Shown: positions 11,487 through 24,179, counted from the first letter of the stretch. The stretch: DNA of 64,000 nt from Pavona decussata (GCA_977016875.1 CDRNST010000056.1:2356001-2420000); one strand, 5' to 3'. Numbers and translations are program-made. Notes: generated by a model from the letters alone, not told the origin.

Positions 11487-13730
11487 GACAAACGGTTCTT
11501 GCTACTAGAATAAGTAAATTTCCATCCGTCGTCGACGTGTCAGAAGAATGTTATTGTTTTGATGTACTGTTTGAAAGCCCGATACCTTTAAAGAAAGACG
11601 TCTCTACTGTCTTAATGCTGAAATCACTGGTCCCGATTCTTGGTATGGTACCCAAGGCCACCAGACTCAACTTTGTTCTGGTGTTAAATGTACCTTGAAA
11701 AACAATTATTCTCTTTTGGATAACAAAACTGACCTCACACAATAGCAATTTAATGAATTGATTTTCAGCCCTTGCAAGTGAACAAAGAGCGCTCATTTCT
11801 CAGGTACAGAGAGGTAAAGTGACCTGTTGTGAAAATAATTATTCGTCGTGAAGAAAATCGTAATGATTTAATGGTTGTAAAGGAAATTAGGCCGCGGTAA
11901 GAGGATTTAAGTTTCACCTGTGATTGTCTGGTAGAACGTTTCGCATAATGTACGCAATTTATTGGAGGAAACATGGCACGAAAAATATGAATGAAAGGTA
12001 AACAGTAAGCTAATGTAAAATAACAATGCAAAAATTTCGAATCTGAAAAAACTGAAGCTGTAAACTTAAGATAGCAGAATTTGATATTCAAATTTAAGAT
12101 TATTTTGGGTGCAATCGACATCAGTTTAGTTTTTTGTTACAAGCTCAATTTACAGGTTGATCGGTCAATTAAAAAATAACCGATTGTACGCTTTCCATCC
12201 CAACTAAATCCCTTAAAATAGGGTAGTAATATTGTTAGAAGAGTTGCTGTTCATTTCTATATATTAACGGTAGTTTTAAATCAATTAATTCAACGTTATT
12301 CTTGGTTAATTTTCCTGGAGAAGGAAAGTTGAAGGTAGTTGGCTTGTCTGTGCGCGTAGAATTGCGATTGCTGAACATGTTTGTATTAGTTTCCAAGCGA
12401 CCTTAAAACTTTCGGGCTAGCTTGATCTGGTAGAAGTAGGTTTCTAGTAGGCGTAGAAGTGAAAATTAAAGTACTTTCCCCATCAGCTATAAATGCGCGG
12501 TCAATTGATTGACGCTAATTCGGGATTGAAAAGTCAACCAAAATGTTGGTTTTTTCTCTTGTTTAAAAGAGTTTTAAACAGAAATCAAGTACAGACTTCT
12601 TTTTCACTGTTAGCAAACGGCGAGATTTCAAAGATCGCACGAGCTAATCTTGCGTTGTTGACGCAATTGTAAGTTTGTCCTGATTTGAAACGGGTAGCTT
12701 CTGATTGGTTCACAACTGATTCATATTAACCAATCACACACCTGGGTGACTCTAACATTAATGTGTTGTTTACTGGCCCGTGTCTCATCCGTGGAGGGGT
12801 GCTCAAAAAGGGTGAAGCAGTAAAAAAGTTGTAAAGTGTACAGGTAATGGCTTTTTTGACAAAATTTGTGACTATATACAGTCACAGGGGCAAATAAGAA
12901 TCTATTAGTGTAGCATTTTACTGTAATAAAACTTGTAGCTCTCAAATTCATTTGAGGGTTTGTAGACCTGATAGGTATATAATCAATCGATTTGCTTTTT
13001 GCAATGCTTATCAATAGACCTTTTTCATAAATGGCGGCCGATTTATTATTCTTTTCAATATATGTTAACTGCTCACTGCATAAACTTTCTTCAGTTCTAT
13101 TCTTTCCTCAAAATACCCATGAATCATGGCAAGAAAGGGGATTTTTGTCTGATAATTAATTCATTATTGTGTTTTCAGTAGATCAATAATCCCTCAAGGA
13201 TTCGAGTTAAAGACTGCCTGAAAAATGTTTCATGCTTAAGGAACCCGAAAATATTATTTTAGGTCAGTAAACCGTCTGGTCAATACTCTTTGAAGTAACA
13301 CTTTGCGGGAAAAATTGCCATTTGTACCTGCCATCAGGAAAGCTATGTTTACTTTCATGCTCGTCCAGTTTCTTTATATTACTAAATGGGTATTTGATTT
13401 TAAGGCAGTCAGCTGGTGGCCTATTTTCTCTCTCTCATTGGCTTCGCTGATCCTGTCTCTTGTATTACCCCTCTGCAGTCACGTTTCAAAATTGTACGTT
13501 TATTTGTCGTCAGACAATTAGTGGAGGCAGGAACTTGGCGGTATAATAAGAGTGTGAAGAGAGTCATATTCTTTTTTTTTTTGTTTTTGTTTGACTAATG
13601 ATTTCTTACGAGCTAGCGGTCGAAGCGGTCATGATTGAGGCTATTTGACGGGAGATTAAAAAATTTTATCGTGTAGGGTGTTTATATGAAGTTTTCGATG
13701 TCTGTCGCGGTCTGTCCTAGTTCCTTCTAC

Positions 13731-14247
13731 GAGGGTCTCAATGGGGGTGTAGCTTTGACGGTTGACGTTTAAATTTTAGGGCTTTTAACTGTTGACGGTT
13801 ATAAAGGGTAAATTCATTCCCTCCATGAGTTAAAGTTAATATTAACCTTTGGGATTTTCCAGTAATATTAACAATTGAGATGTGGAGGTTGTTTTTTAGT
13901 CTGAAACACGTTATCAATGTATCATATTATTAAAATTTTGAAACTAGAAGCACTTTCAGACGGAAGTTAGTTGTAATGTCAGTTTAGACGCAAATTAAGT
14001 CGAGAAGATAATATAAAGTAAGTATACAGCTGGGAGTATGGAAATCTGTTTACCAGTTAAACGTTTCTTTGAGAGCCAGAAGTCCGGGATGAGCAGCTGA
14101 AATAGTGATATTTGAAAGACCTTGAAACCGTTTGACGGTAAATAACTGCTTTTTCTGACGGTTGACGGTAAAAGTTACCCTTTTTTACGTTTGACGGTTA
14201 AATTTTACGCTGTTTGACGGCTGACGGTTAACCCCATTGAGACCCTC
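13731..14247. mobile_element. MITE with GAGGGTCTCAATGGGG TIRs and 6-bp TSD
   Basis: TTCTAC at 13725-13730 and 14248-14253, with subterminal TTGACGG repeats. A left-truncated paralog lies at ~25450-25898. Confidence 0.85.
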
Positions 14248-14269
14248 TTCTACGGTAAGGGACATTTAA

Positions 14270-16659
14270 AGTGCCTATCACCCTTACACAGTTTTAATGA
14301 ATTTCGAAAATTTATGCATGTCTAAGACGCTTTGCGAAGAAATAAATCGTATTCCATGTTTCGTTTCGTTTTTATCAGACGACAAAATCGCCCAAAATAG
14401 GCCGTTTTCCGCCATATTGAATACAAAGAGGAGCAGTTGAGAGACTGGGTTCTAACAAGCTTGTGACGTCGACCCGGTATCTCAGCCACAGAGCATTTGC
14501 TCATTTGTTAATACATTCTCTGTACTGAACTTGAATTGTGTTAGGAAGGTATGTGGTGGGTGAATATGCTGCCTTCTCAGTTATGTAGAAGGGTATAGTT
14601 CTGCACGCTATACTGTTCGATAATGATGAAGCAAGGAAATGCAGAAAGAAATAGATCGATTTCATGAAACAAAAGCGGGCTAACCCGGAAAATCGTCATT
14701 ATGCTCCAAGCACTTCACGAATGACGACTTCATGCGTCGATTCTGATTTATTGATGAAGTGAGTAACAAGCCAATCCTCTCAAGACTGAAACGAGATGAT
14801 ATCGGTATTAATGTGACGCCAGCTGTCCATGCTAAAGCGGTGACCACAAGTCCAGGTGTACTGATTTAAACCATTGCCAAACATTGTGGCGAACGAATGG
14901 TTAGAAATGTTTCCATTTTTTTATTTAAGCTTATAGGTGCAGCCAAAACAAACCTACTGAAATAGCAAACTTATTTTAATTCATAATTGGCGTAGACTCA
15001 CAAGAATGCGAAGAGGCGAATGGGATCTCTTACTTCTGAGACTGCTGTCTGTTGGCGAGCGGATGAAGGGCCACAGTGACATGATAAAGCTATTTCTTTT
15101 TCTTTCTCAATTCCAAGTGTACAAATTTGGGAGTAGCCTTTCCAAGAAGAACAGATCATTCTTTTTAAAAAAGCTTCAGTCTTGAATTTGTCTGTGAAGA
15201 ACGAGGTTAAGAGTCAATCGAACATCTCGGTCGATTGACATACTGCTCAAAATACTGCTCAAAAGGTCGGCTTTTCTTACCTGGAAATCAAGATATTTTG
15301 AAAAATAACACACGCAACGGCTTACCAAACGTTGTGCGGTTTTACTTCTCTTACTACCAGACCAATTTCAGCTAAAAAACAATTTAGAAATGGTAAAAAT
15401 ATCAACTGAACAAGCTTATATTTACGCCACGAAAAATGTCTCCTCAGCGGTCCGCATGTTGCCGCGAAGTAAAAATTTGATGTGGTGGTTTCGTTGACAA
15501 AAGGCAAGCCTCTTGTTCATAGGAAAAGTCTTGCTTAACTACACTTCCCTCGGGCCCCAGTAAAATATTCTTTAAAACCGAAAGATTTCAAATATTTAGA
15601 AAATAGCAAGCTCCCCCAACACAAACCTCAGAGCGGCGCGAAGCGAGGCGATTGCAAAGGGTCATGCAAAAACGAACCGTAACTAAACAAACTTAAGCCC
15701 TCAATTTCACGCATTGCATAGCTCTCGAAGAAATCTACAGTGCTAGAGAAAGGATCAAAAAACAAATAGCAACGATCAGAGACACAACAACATGCCACAA
15801 AAACAAATGGCCGGGCCCCGCAATACAAAAACTGTTAGATAAACTGATGTTATTACACAGTTGAATCCTAACAAAGATAACAACAATAGCGGTCGCTTTC
15901 GGAGGTTAAAGATTATCACACGGTTCAATCCTAACTAGAAGCTGTACTGTCACCGGACCGCGAACTGAAACGAGCCAAACTAGATCTAAATACTAGTAAA
16001 ATGAAATGGCATAAGAACGACAGCGGCTAAACAGAAACAACAAGAGGTGAAATAAACAGGCGCTAAACGCAGAACTCTGAACCCAAAATGTCCTTTGAGA
16101 TCAAAATACGGAAACATGCTACAGTTAAGCACATGGTTTTGTTCCATGATTATCATACAAATCCTTCAAATCGTCATGCCAACCCGCTGTAAACATACAA
16201 GAAACTAAATTGATCAAAAGACTGAGATAGAAGCGCTAAACATACGAGTAAGAGTTGTGTAGACCTTTCATACCTATTTTACGCGCTTGATCGTCGCGTC
16301 AATCACGTAGCCAGGGTTGTAGTTAAATTCTGATTCATCTGAATTGTAGCTTTGCTCGGATTCGGTGTCAGTGTTCGGCTTTTGGGCTAAAAAATCGGCC
16401 AGAAACCCCAAACAGCTCGCGTAGAATTCACTCCGACTCACTACTGTTTTGTTGTGTGCTTGTTATCGAGATACCGGGTCGACGTCACAACTCACTAGTG
16501 CCAGTCCTCTAATGGCGCGGTTTTAACTTCGGAAATTGTGATTTCGATCGCGTTTTAAAAATCGAGAATAACTTCAAATCTCATTATTTTGCTTGTTTTG
16601 GCTTACGTTCTACATCTACTTTTGAGAATGAAAGGAATTGGGTAGGGGTGATAGGCACT
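14270..16659 (+). mobile_element. Kolobok-like non-autonomous DNA transposon with THAP remnant
   Basis: TTAA TSD (14266-14269, 16660-16663) and AGTGCCTATCACCC TIRs. Internal inverted repeat TTGTGACGTCGACCCGGTATCTC at 14461 and ~16468-16490. LCSKHFTNDDF is encoded from 14699. The site is empty at ~25916. Confidence 0.85.
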
Positions 16660-17683
16660 TTAAAGAATGTTTGTCGTAAGAACTGCTAAGAGCACCCAAA
16701 CTTGTACAGTCACATCCCTTTATTGCTGACTCCCTCAGGACCGCGAGTTAGTGTCCTACAAACCGAGAGTCCGCAATAGCGGGAATATATTTCAGTCAAA
16801 CGTTTTAAATTTATTTTTGCCGGGATTTAGCTGCCGTCCATATTATCAGGGTGTCCGTAATAGCGAGGTGTCTCAGGTGTCTGCAAGGCGAGAGTTGACA
16901 GTAATCGGAATATTAATTCGACTCCTCTTGGAAAAACTCGAATGTTTTCTTTTTCCGACTGTGACTGATATATCATAATGCATTTTTCTTAGCTCTATTT
17001 CAGTCAATGTAAGGTGAATTTTACTGTTCAGCGACGAAATTGAAAGTTAAACCGTTCACTGCACGGTCCACTGTTTTCCCAATTGTGTTGGCTGAGTCCG
17101 ATTAAAACTGACACACATTTTGGGATTATCAAGAGGGGTGGGGAGGGAGAGGCCGGGCAACTGTAGGGCATTTGAATCCCAATAAGATTTTCTGCTCAGA
17201 TGCCCCACTATAGTACATCCGTAAATGTTTAAAAGTCACTAAACTATAACAAAGTTCATGATGTGTAGATAGTTACTGTCAAATCCACCGCCTGTGCCCG
17301 ATCACACCCCCTCCCGATTTTAGCTGTGTTTTCAGCGTTATTGAGCTCATTTGCTGCAATTATTACCAACAGATTTTCTGGTGGTTAATTACACCGGCTC
17401 TACGATTTTCGACAAGGAATTCGACGCCAAAAACTAATGTTAGTCACCAAAACAGCAAGGTTTATCCCGAGGTGACTCGAGCCACCACCGACATCGGTTA
17501 AATGTGCAAAACTGTTTGATCACGTAGACACGCACTGACCGTCTTCCACATCAAGATGCTCAACAAAAGGATATATCATATCGAATGAAGACGGATTAAG
17601 CAGCGAACAGTGGTTGCCGTGACAAATGTGTTTTGTCGTGACCTGTGGTTAGCCCTTACTTTACCTTCTTACCAGTGGTGTAT

Positions 17684-18997
17684 TTAACAAATAGATTCCA
17701 TTTTGCCGTGCGTCTGTACTCTGATAACGCACAGATGACGTCAAAACGTGGTGAGAACAAAGAAGTACGCTACGAGCCGCAGGCGAGTAGCGTGACTGAT
17801 GTTCTTACCACGTTTTGACGTCTTCTGTGCGTTATCAGAGTACAGACCCACGGCAAAATGGAATCTATTTGTTTTATACAATAACCAAGACATTTCAACA
17901 CATTTCGTGAGCCAGCATCACGTTGCCTGAGCTGAGCTTTCCAGCAAACTCAGTTTTGGACTACTACACACATGCAATTGTGATCTTCTAAATTAGAGTA
18001 TAATCCGAAAGAATTTCACTAACAATATTTTCGAAACTAACCTTTATTCCAGAAGGAAATCCTGACCTCAAAATATTACAGCGTGTAAGTCGCTTCTCTG
18101 CGATTTGTATTAAATCGATTACTCGCCATTACCGGATTTCTATCGGCGACATATTTCGACAAATATTTGCTTCCTTTTCACGTCACAACAAAGTTCTAGC
18201 TTTCCTATCCTGGTTGAGGTCACTCTCAACGGTCTTTGTCCAATTTTTTATTGAACAGTTTTCCTTTCCTGAGAAAATTTGCCTGTGTTTGTCCGCTACT
18301 CGCAAAAGCAGTTTGCAAAACTTTGTTGACCAGTCGCTCTGGCTGGACTCTAGACTCTGATCACGTGCGCCGGTCACACTACTCGATGACGTCAATCGTG
18401 CGTCTATTTAAGAATTGGTTCATGCTTAGCGTGCGTATATCGAGTTATGGATGCACGCGGGAAGTTTGGAGAGCACGAGAGAAGCGTAAGAGTTGCTCGA
18501 GGCGTAGCCAAGAGCAACTCTAGCTTCTTGAGTGCTTTCCAAACTTCCCAAGTGCATCCATAACTCGATATACGCACAGCTAAAAGCATGAACCAATTCT
18601 TTTATAACATAGTGAAAATAAAGTAAACGATTTCTGGAAAACAGGTTTTGTTCCTGATTAATAACAAAAACTCTGAACAAAAAAAAAGGTGAAAGTGGTT
18701 TTTCATATTGGTTTAATCTTAACGTTTCATTCACTTCGACAAGCTCTTATAAATATACATTTTTTATGGTGCTGTCTCTCTGTAAAAAGTTTTTTATAAC
18801 ATAGCGCGCGCATGCTTCTCCTTCATCTAACTTGCACACGTCATCGGATGAACGCACGGCCGTGCGTATGTTGAGAAATATACCATGATGACGCCAATAG
18901 AAATTAGATTAGGATGCGCGCGCGCTATGTTATAAACTCTAATCACACACTCCTCTAGACCAATCAAAACGCGAGCTATACACAGTTCATTGTATAA
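17684..18997. mobile_element. Insertion built of three long hairpins (possibly Crypton-like non-autonomous)
   Basis: Palindromes at ~17685-17876, ~18410-18601 and ~18793-18936. Absent from the paralogous site at ~27545. The superfamily call is a guess. Confidence 0.7.
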
Positions 18998-19374
18998 CAT
19001 GTGATGGTGCCTGTTAAAACAGGCCACTCAACACACAGCGCGCTTTGTTGCACGGATCGAATAGAACCTGGCTTTGTTACCTTCAACAACGCGCAACATG
19101 TCGAACGGCAAGGGAAAACATTAAGCCATTCATGGTGGTCTGCAGCGAGCAAGTCTAGACATCGCTCAACATTTGTTGAGCAACAACCGGTTACACTGTT
19201 GCGCTATATGTCAATAGTTTCAAATTTCGCACTGTTGCACCTGACAGTCACGCATATTAAATTTGGCTAGCTATATACCACTGTATAGGTTACCTGATCT
19301 CTCATTACTTTGGAGTAAAATATACTCAGTGATTTGTTTCTTGTTTGAACGTTGTAATTTTGGTAAAGAAGATC

Positions 19375-20677
19375 ATGGCGGTCGTTACTGACAAAAACTG
19401 GCAAACAACAAAACGCACCATCAGAGAGAGAACCAAGTTTATGTTCAACAACGATCTCTTCAGCGATGTGAAGTTTGTGGTTCGTAACAGTGATGGTGAA
19501 AGTGAATTGAAACAGGTGATTCAAGCTCACAAGTTTGTGTTGTCGATTGGCAGTCCTGTGTTTGAAGCTATGTTTTACGGTGAGCTAGCGGAGACTAGAG
19601 ACTCTATTGAACTGCCTGACTGTGAGTACGAGAGTCTCTTGGAGTTTTTTCGTTACATGTACAGCGATGAAGTGAATTTGAGCGGACGTAATGTGATGGG
19701 AGTGTTATACTTGGCTAAAAAGTACATGGTGCCTTCACTGGATGACAAGTGCTCGAAATATTTGAAAAATCATTTAGATTCATCAAATGTTTTCATCATT
19801 TTACAATCTGCCCAGAAATATGAAGACAAAAATCTCGTAGATCGATGCTGGGAAGTGATTGATGAAGAAACTGAAGCGGTTGTGAAATCGGATGAATTTG
19901 CGACACTTGAGAGGCCCTTACTAGAGGCACTAGTCGAAAGAGAAACTCTGGGCATCTCTGAAGTGAAATTGTTCAAAGGAGTCGTCGAATGGGCGACAAA
20001 GGAATCGGAGAAGCGAGGCATCGTCGCAGATGGCCAAGAAAAGAGATTCATCAAATGTTTTCATCATTTTACAATCTGCCCAGAAATATGATGAGAAAAA
20101 GAAAAATCTCATAGATCGATGCTGGGAAGTGATTGATGAAGAAACTGAAGCAGTTGTGAAATCGGATGATTTTGCGACACTTCAGAGGCCCTTACTAGAG
20201 GCACTAGTCGAAAGAGATACTCTGGGCATCTCTGAAGTGAAATTGTTCAAAGGAGTCGTCGAATGGGCGACAAAGGAATCGGAGAAGCGAGGCATCGTCG
20301 CAGATGGCCAAGAAAAGAGAAGAATCATCGGAGAACGAATCGTAAAAGCCTTACGCTTTCCAGTGATGAAACAGGAAGAATTTGCCTCCGTGGTCGTTGG
20401 CAGCAAAATCTTCACACACGATGAAGTCGCAGATGTGATGAAATGTTGTGGTGCAGTGCAAAGTTCTCCTGTGGTGTTTCCAGTGGTAGAAAGATCTGGC
20501 CCTCCTAATAAATTAGTACGCTGTAGTAGATTTCGCTCATTGCAGTTTGGTTGGAGTAATGGCAGCACCAGGTTACATTTTTCAGTAGACAGCAACATAA
20601 AGTTTCACGGAGTGCACTTGTTCGGCAGCAAGGAAAATTCTTATACAGTAACTCTTAAACTCTTGTCAGGTTCCACT
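19375..20677 (+). pseudogene. BTBD6-like: BTB-BACK-PHR copy 3: frameshifted by an internal 268-bp duplication and truncated in the PHR domain
   Basis: Close paralog of copy 5. 19776-20043 is repeated from 20044. Homology to copy 5 ends at LLSGST (~20677). Confidence 0.9.
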
Positions 20678-20686
20678 TGTCAGGTT

Positions 20687-21038
20687 CCAGTGTTGGGCGT
20701 GGTTGGTTCCCCCTCTTCCTTGGCCGCGCGGTACACTTATCCCGATAATGTAACTGTCTGTTGGCCCTCAGGATTTTCTAAAGAACCAATGCGAACATTA
20801 GCTGTTACAGTGCATATTCTGCCTTGAACGTTTTCATTGCTCACTGACGAGTTCCGCCTTGTTGGAGAAGGATGACCGTCACCAGAAACGTGAACGTTCT
20901 GTTCAGCCGGCACCTGTTTCTCTTCGAGTGAAGCGGAATCTTCTTTAGTGGTTTCACTTGTTTCTGAAGGTAGCGCAACCTCAGTTGTTGACGGTAAAAT
21001 GTTTTGCTGAGAAGAACCAAGACTTTGGCGAGACATAC
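20687..21038 (-). pseudogene. Duplicated fragment of the last exon of the 31650-35701 gene
   Basis: High identity to ~32017-32368, with an in-frame TAA at 20737-20739 on the - strand. Confidence 0.9.
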
Positions 21039-22336
21039 CACTCATGTCCCATGATAGTCACTATTTTTCTTTCTATGCCAGGATCAGCAACGTTGAAAGT
21101 CTCTTAAATGCACGTTTGAGGTGATTAGGGCGTCCGGCCATTGTATGATTAACATAATACATTTAATATATTATATATATTGGTTATGCAATGCTTTCGA
21201 GTTGTATACCGTGAAATATCCCACGACTGACTTGTTTTTTCTTGGAATACTACCCGTTGCATACCGCAGAACATGCAATGGGTTTGTAGCTTTCTGATTG
21301 GCTGTATTCCCCATAGCATGGAATAAATTATAAAAGATTTGACAAAGGCTGTAAGCTATATAGCCGCGGGGCTTGCCGTGTTGCCGTAGGTGGGGTGTTT
21401 GGTACAGGTGACGGGGTGAAAATAAAGCTTTCCGGTAATGCCGACGGGACTGGGGTGCTCAGTTACCACAGCTTTCGGTGTGTAAAGATTTAAAGTACCT
21501 TCTTCTGCGTTTACGTGTTCACTAAAATGTCCTCGGCTAGCTGTAGTAATCACAGTTCCGTTTAATTTGAGTCACAGAGTTTTTACAACCCTTAAAAAAT
21601 AGAATACGCTGAATGCAACTGACTGTGCTGACATAAACTAATTTAGGAAATTAAATTTAAACTGTTTTGGTTTGTTACTACGTATACTACTTTATCTGAG
21701 TTTGCAAACGCCACAAATACTAGTTTTCGGTATCTTTAGATACTGGTGATCTACACTGGATATACTGTAGCCTGAGCGGTGAACAGAGGTCTTTTCGCGG
21801 TGCTAGCATTGATCTCGTTGGCAGATTCTACTGGAACGAGAACCTGTTTATTAACGGGCTGTTTACATGGAGGGAGGAAGATGCTTGAGGGCGGATCATC
21901 CTAGCGCCAAATGTTTTCTCTGTTAGTTTACGTGCAAAAAGTTCTACTTGGCCCTAGCGCTAGGATCTTCCTAGAGCTAGAAACTTCCTAGTTGAGACAT
22001 AGGAAAATCCTAGCGCCATATATAAACTACTTTCGCTCGGAAGATCCTAGCATTTAAAACAAACGAAAAGCCGTTTTCCGCCTTCAGATCATCCTAGTGC
22101 TAGAATCTTCCTCCCTCCATGTAAACAGCCCCTAAATTCCTTAACCTAATGCGATTGTTGGTCACGCATGTTAAATTTGAGACGGCTACCGCTGTACATA
22201 AAGTTTACCGTCCACCCACATAAGTAATTGGATTTGCTCGACTGGCTCACAACGGATTGTAGCTCTGGGATTGAAACTGATACACAGTGATCTTTCTTAC
22301 TTGAGCCGTTGAGCGTTCATATTTCGTAAAGAAAAC

Positions 22337-23656
22337 ATGGCTCTGGTTACCGAAAACTGGCAAACAACAAAACCCACCATCAGAGAGAGAACCAAGTTTA
22401 TGCTCAACAACGATCTCTTCAGCGATGTGAAGTTTGTGGTTCGTCAGAGCGATGGTGAAAGTGAAAGTAAGCAAGTGATTCCAGCTCACAAGTTTGTGCT
22501 GTCCATCGGCAGTCCTGTGTTTGAAGCCATGTTTTACGGTGAGCTAGCGGAGACAAGAGACTCTATTGAACTGCCTGACCGTGAGTACGAGAGTTTGTTG
22601 GAGTTGCTTCGTTACATGTACTGCGATGAAGTGAATTTGAGCGGAAGTAATGTGATGGGAGTTTTATACTTGGCGAAGAAATATATGGTGCCTTCACTCG
22701 CTGGCAAATGCACGAAATATTTGCAAAGTAACTTAGATCCATCAAACGTTTTCAGCATATTGCCATCTGCGCAGAAATATGACGAGAAAAACCTGGTGGA
22801 GCGATGCTGGGAAGTGATTGATAACCAAACTGATGCGGCTGTGAAATCGGATGGATTTGCGACAATTGAGAGGCCGTTACTTGAAGCACTGGTTGAAAGA
22901 GAAACGCTCGAAATAGCGGAAGTGGAATTGTTCAATGGAGTCGTCAAATGGGCGACAAACGAGTCGGTAAAGCGAGGCATTGTCGCAGATGGGAAAGAGA
23001 AAAGACGAATTCTTGGAGAACGGATCGTAAAAGCCATACGCTTTCCTTTGATGAAGCAGGAAGAATTTGTTTCTGTGGTTATCGACAGCAAAATTCTCAC
23101 GTATAATGAAGTTGGTAATGTAATCAAATATTTAAATTCAGTGCAAAGCCCTTTCGTGGGTTTTCCTATGACTAAAAGATACGGGCCGTTTAAAATGCGC
23201 TGTCGCAAGTTTAATTTAGTGAAGTTTGGTTGGAAGAATTTGGGCAGACAACACGGCTTTGCTTTTTCAGTAGATGGTGACATACTTTTTCATGGAGTCA
23301 ACTTGTTTGGCAGCAAGGACAATACTTACTCAGTTAATCTTGACCTCTTCATTATCGGTGGGCAAGTTCTTGCCACTAGAGGAAGTGAATTTCCATCCGT
23401 CGTCGACGTGTCAGGAGAATATTATTGTTTTGATGTACTGTTTGAAAACCCGATTCCTTTAAAGAAAAACGTCACCTACGGTCTTGTTGCTGAAATCATT
23501 GGTCCCGATTCTTGGTACGGTACTCAAGGCCACCATACCCAAATTTGTTCTGGTGTTAAATTTACCTTGAAAAACTATTTTTCTCTTGCGGAAAACAGCA
23601 CTGGCATCACGCAAGGGCAATTTAATGAATTGATTTTCAAAGATCGCACGAGCTAA
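22337..23656 (+). CDS. BTBD6-like: BTB-BACK-PHR copy 4, intact, 439 aa, altered C-terminus (KDRTS)
   Basis: Full ORF with all BTB, BACK and PHR motifs. Confidence 0.92.
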   Translation: MALVTENWQTTKPTIRERTKFMLNNDLFSDVKFVVRQSDGESESKQVIPAHKFVLSIGSPVFEAMFYGELAETRDSIELPDREYESLLELLRYMYCDEVNLSGSNVMGVLYLAKKYMVPSLAGKCTKYLQSNLDPSNVFSILPSAQKYDEKNLVERCWEVIDNQTDAAVKSDGFATIERPLLEALVERETLEIAEVELFNGVVKWATNESVKRGIVADGKEKRRILGERIVKAIRFPLMKQEEFVSVVIDSKILTYNEVGNVIKYLNSVQSPFVGFPMTKRYGPFKMRCRKFNLVKFGWKNLGRQHGFAFSVDGDILFHGVNLFGSKDNTYSVNLDLFIIGGQVLATRGSEFPSVVDVSGEYYCFDVLFENPIPLKKNVTYGLVAEIIGPDSWYGTQGHHTQICSGVKFTLKNYFSLAENSTGITQGQFNELIFKDRTS

Positions 23657-24179
23657 TCTTGCATTATCGACGCAATTGTAATTTTGTCCTGATTTGAAAC
23701 GGGTAGTTTCTGATTGGTGCACAACTGATTCGTATTAACCAATCACACGCCTGGGTGACTCTAACATTAATGTGTTGTTTACTGGCTCGTGTCCCATCCG
23801 TGGGGGGGTGCTCAAAAAGGGTGAAACAGTAAAAGGGTTGTATAGTGTACAGGTAATGTCGTTTTTGACAAAATTTGTGACTACTACAGTCACAGGAGCA
23901 AATAAGAGTCTACTTAGTGTAGCATTTCACTGTAATAAAACTTGTAGCTCTCATTTGAGGATTTGTAGACCGGATCGGTAGATAATCAATTGATTTTCTT
24001 TTTGCAATGCATATCAATGGTATCTGTGAAACGAAAAAAAAAAATGTAAAGATATATTTGTCTGTAAGTAATCAGTAATAAAGCGTTATTCTTCCAGTTT
24101 TATTTTAGTAATGTTGTTGTAGTTGGAAAAAAACGAAAAGGCTATTTACAGAAATAAGGCCCGCCAGCAAATATTAATA

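Larger units (their letters stand above)
9108..11781 (+). pseudogene. BTBD6-like: BTB-BACK-PHR copy 2, pseudogene
   Basis: Collinear with copies 1 and 4, but interrupted by two TIR elements (9466-9782 and ~10468-11486). It also has a 4-bp deletion near 9917 (GATAAACTGAAG versus GATAAACAAACTGAAG) and CAA-TAG in place of CAA-GGG near 11742. Confidence 0.92.

Noticed and set aside
20030-20827. 265-aa BACK/PHR-antisense fusion ORF as a functional new gene
   Set aside because: It lacks the BTB domain, has half a PHR domain and starts at an incidental ATG at the duplication junction. Nothing supports translation.
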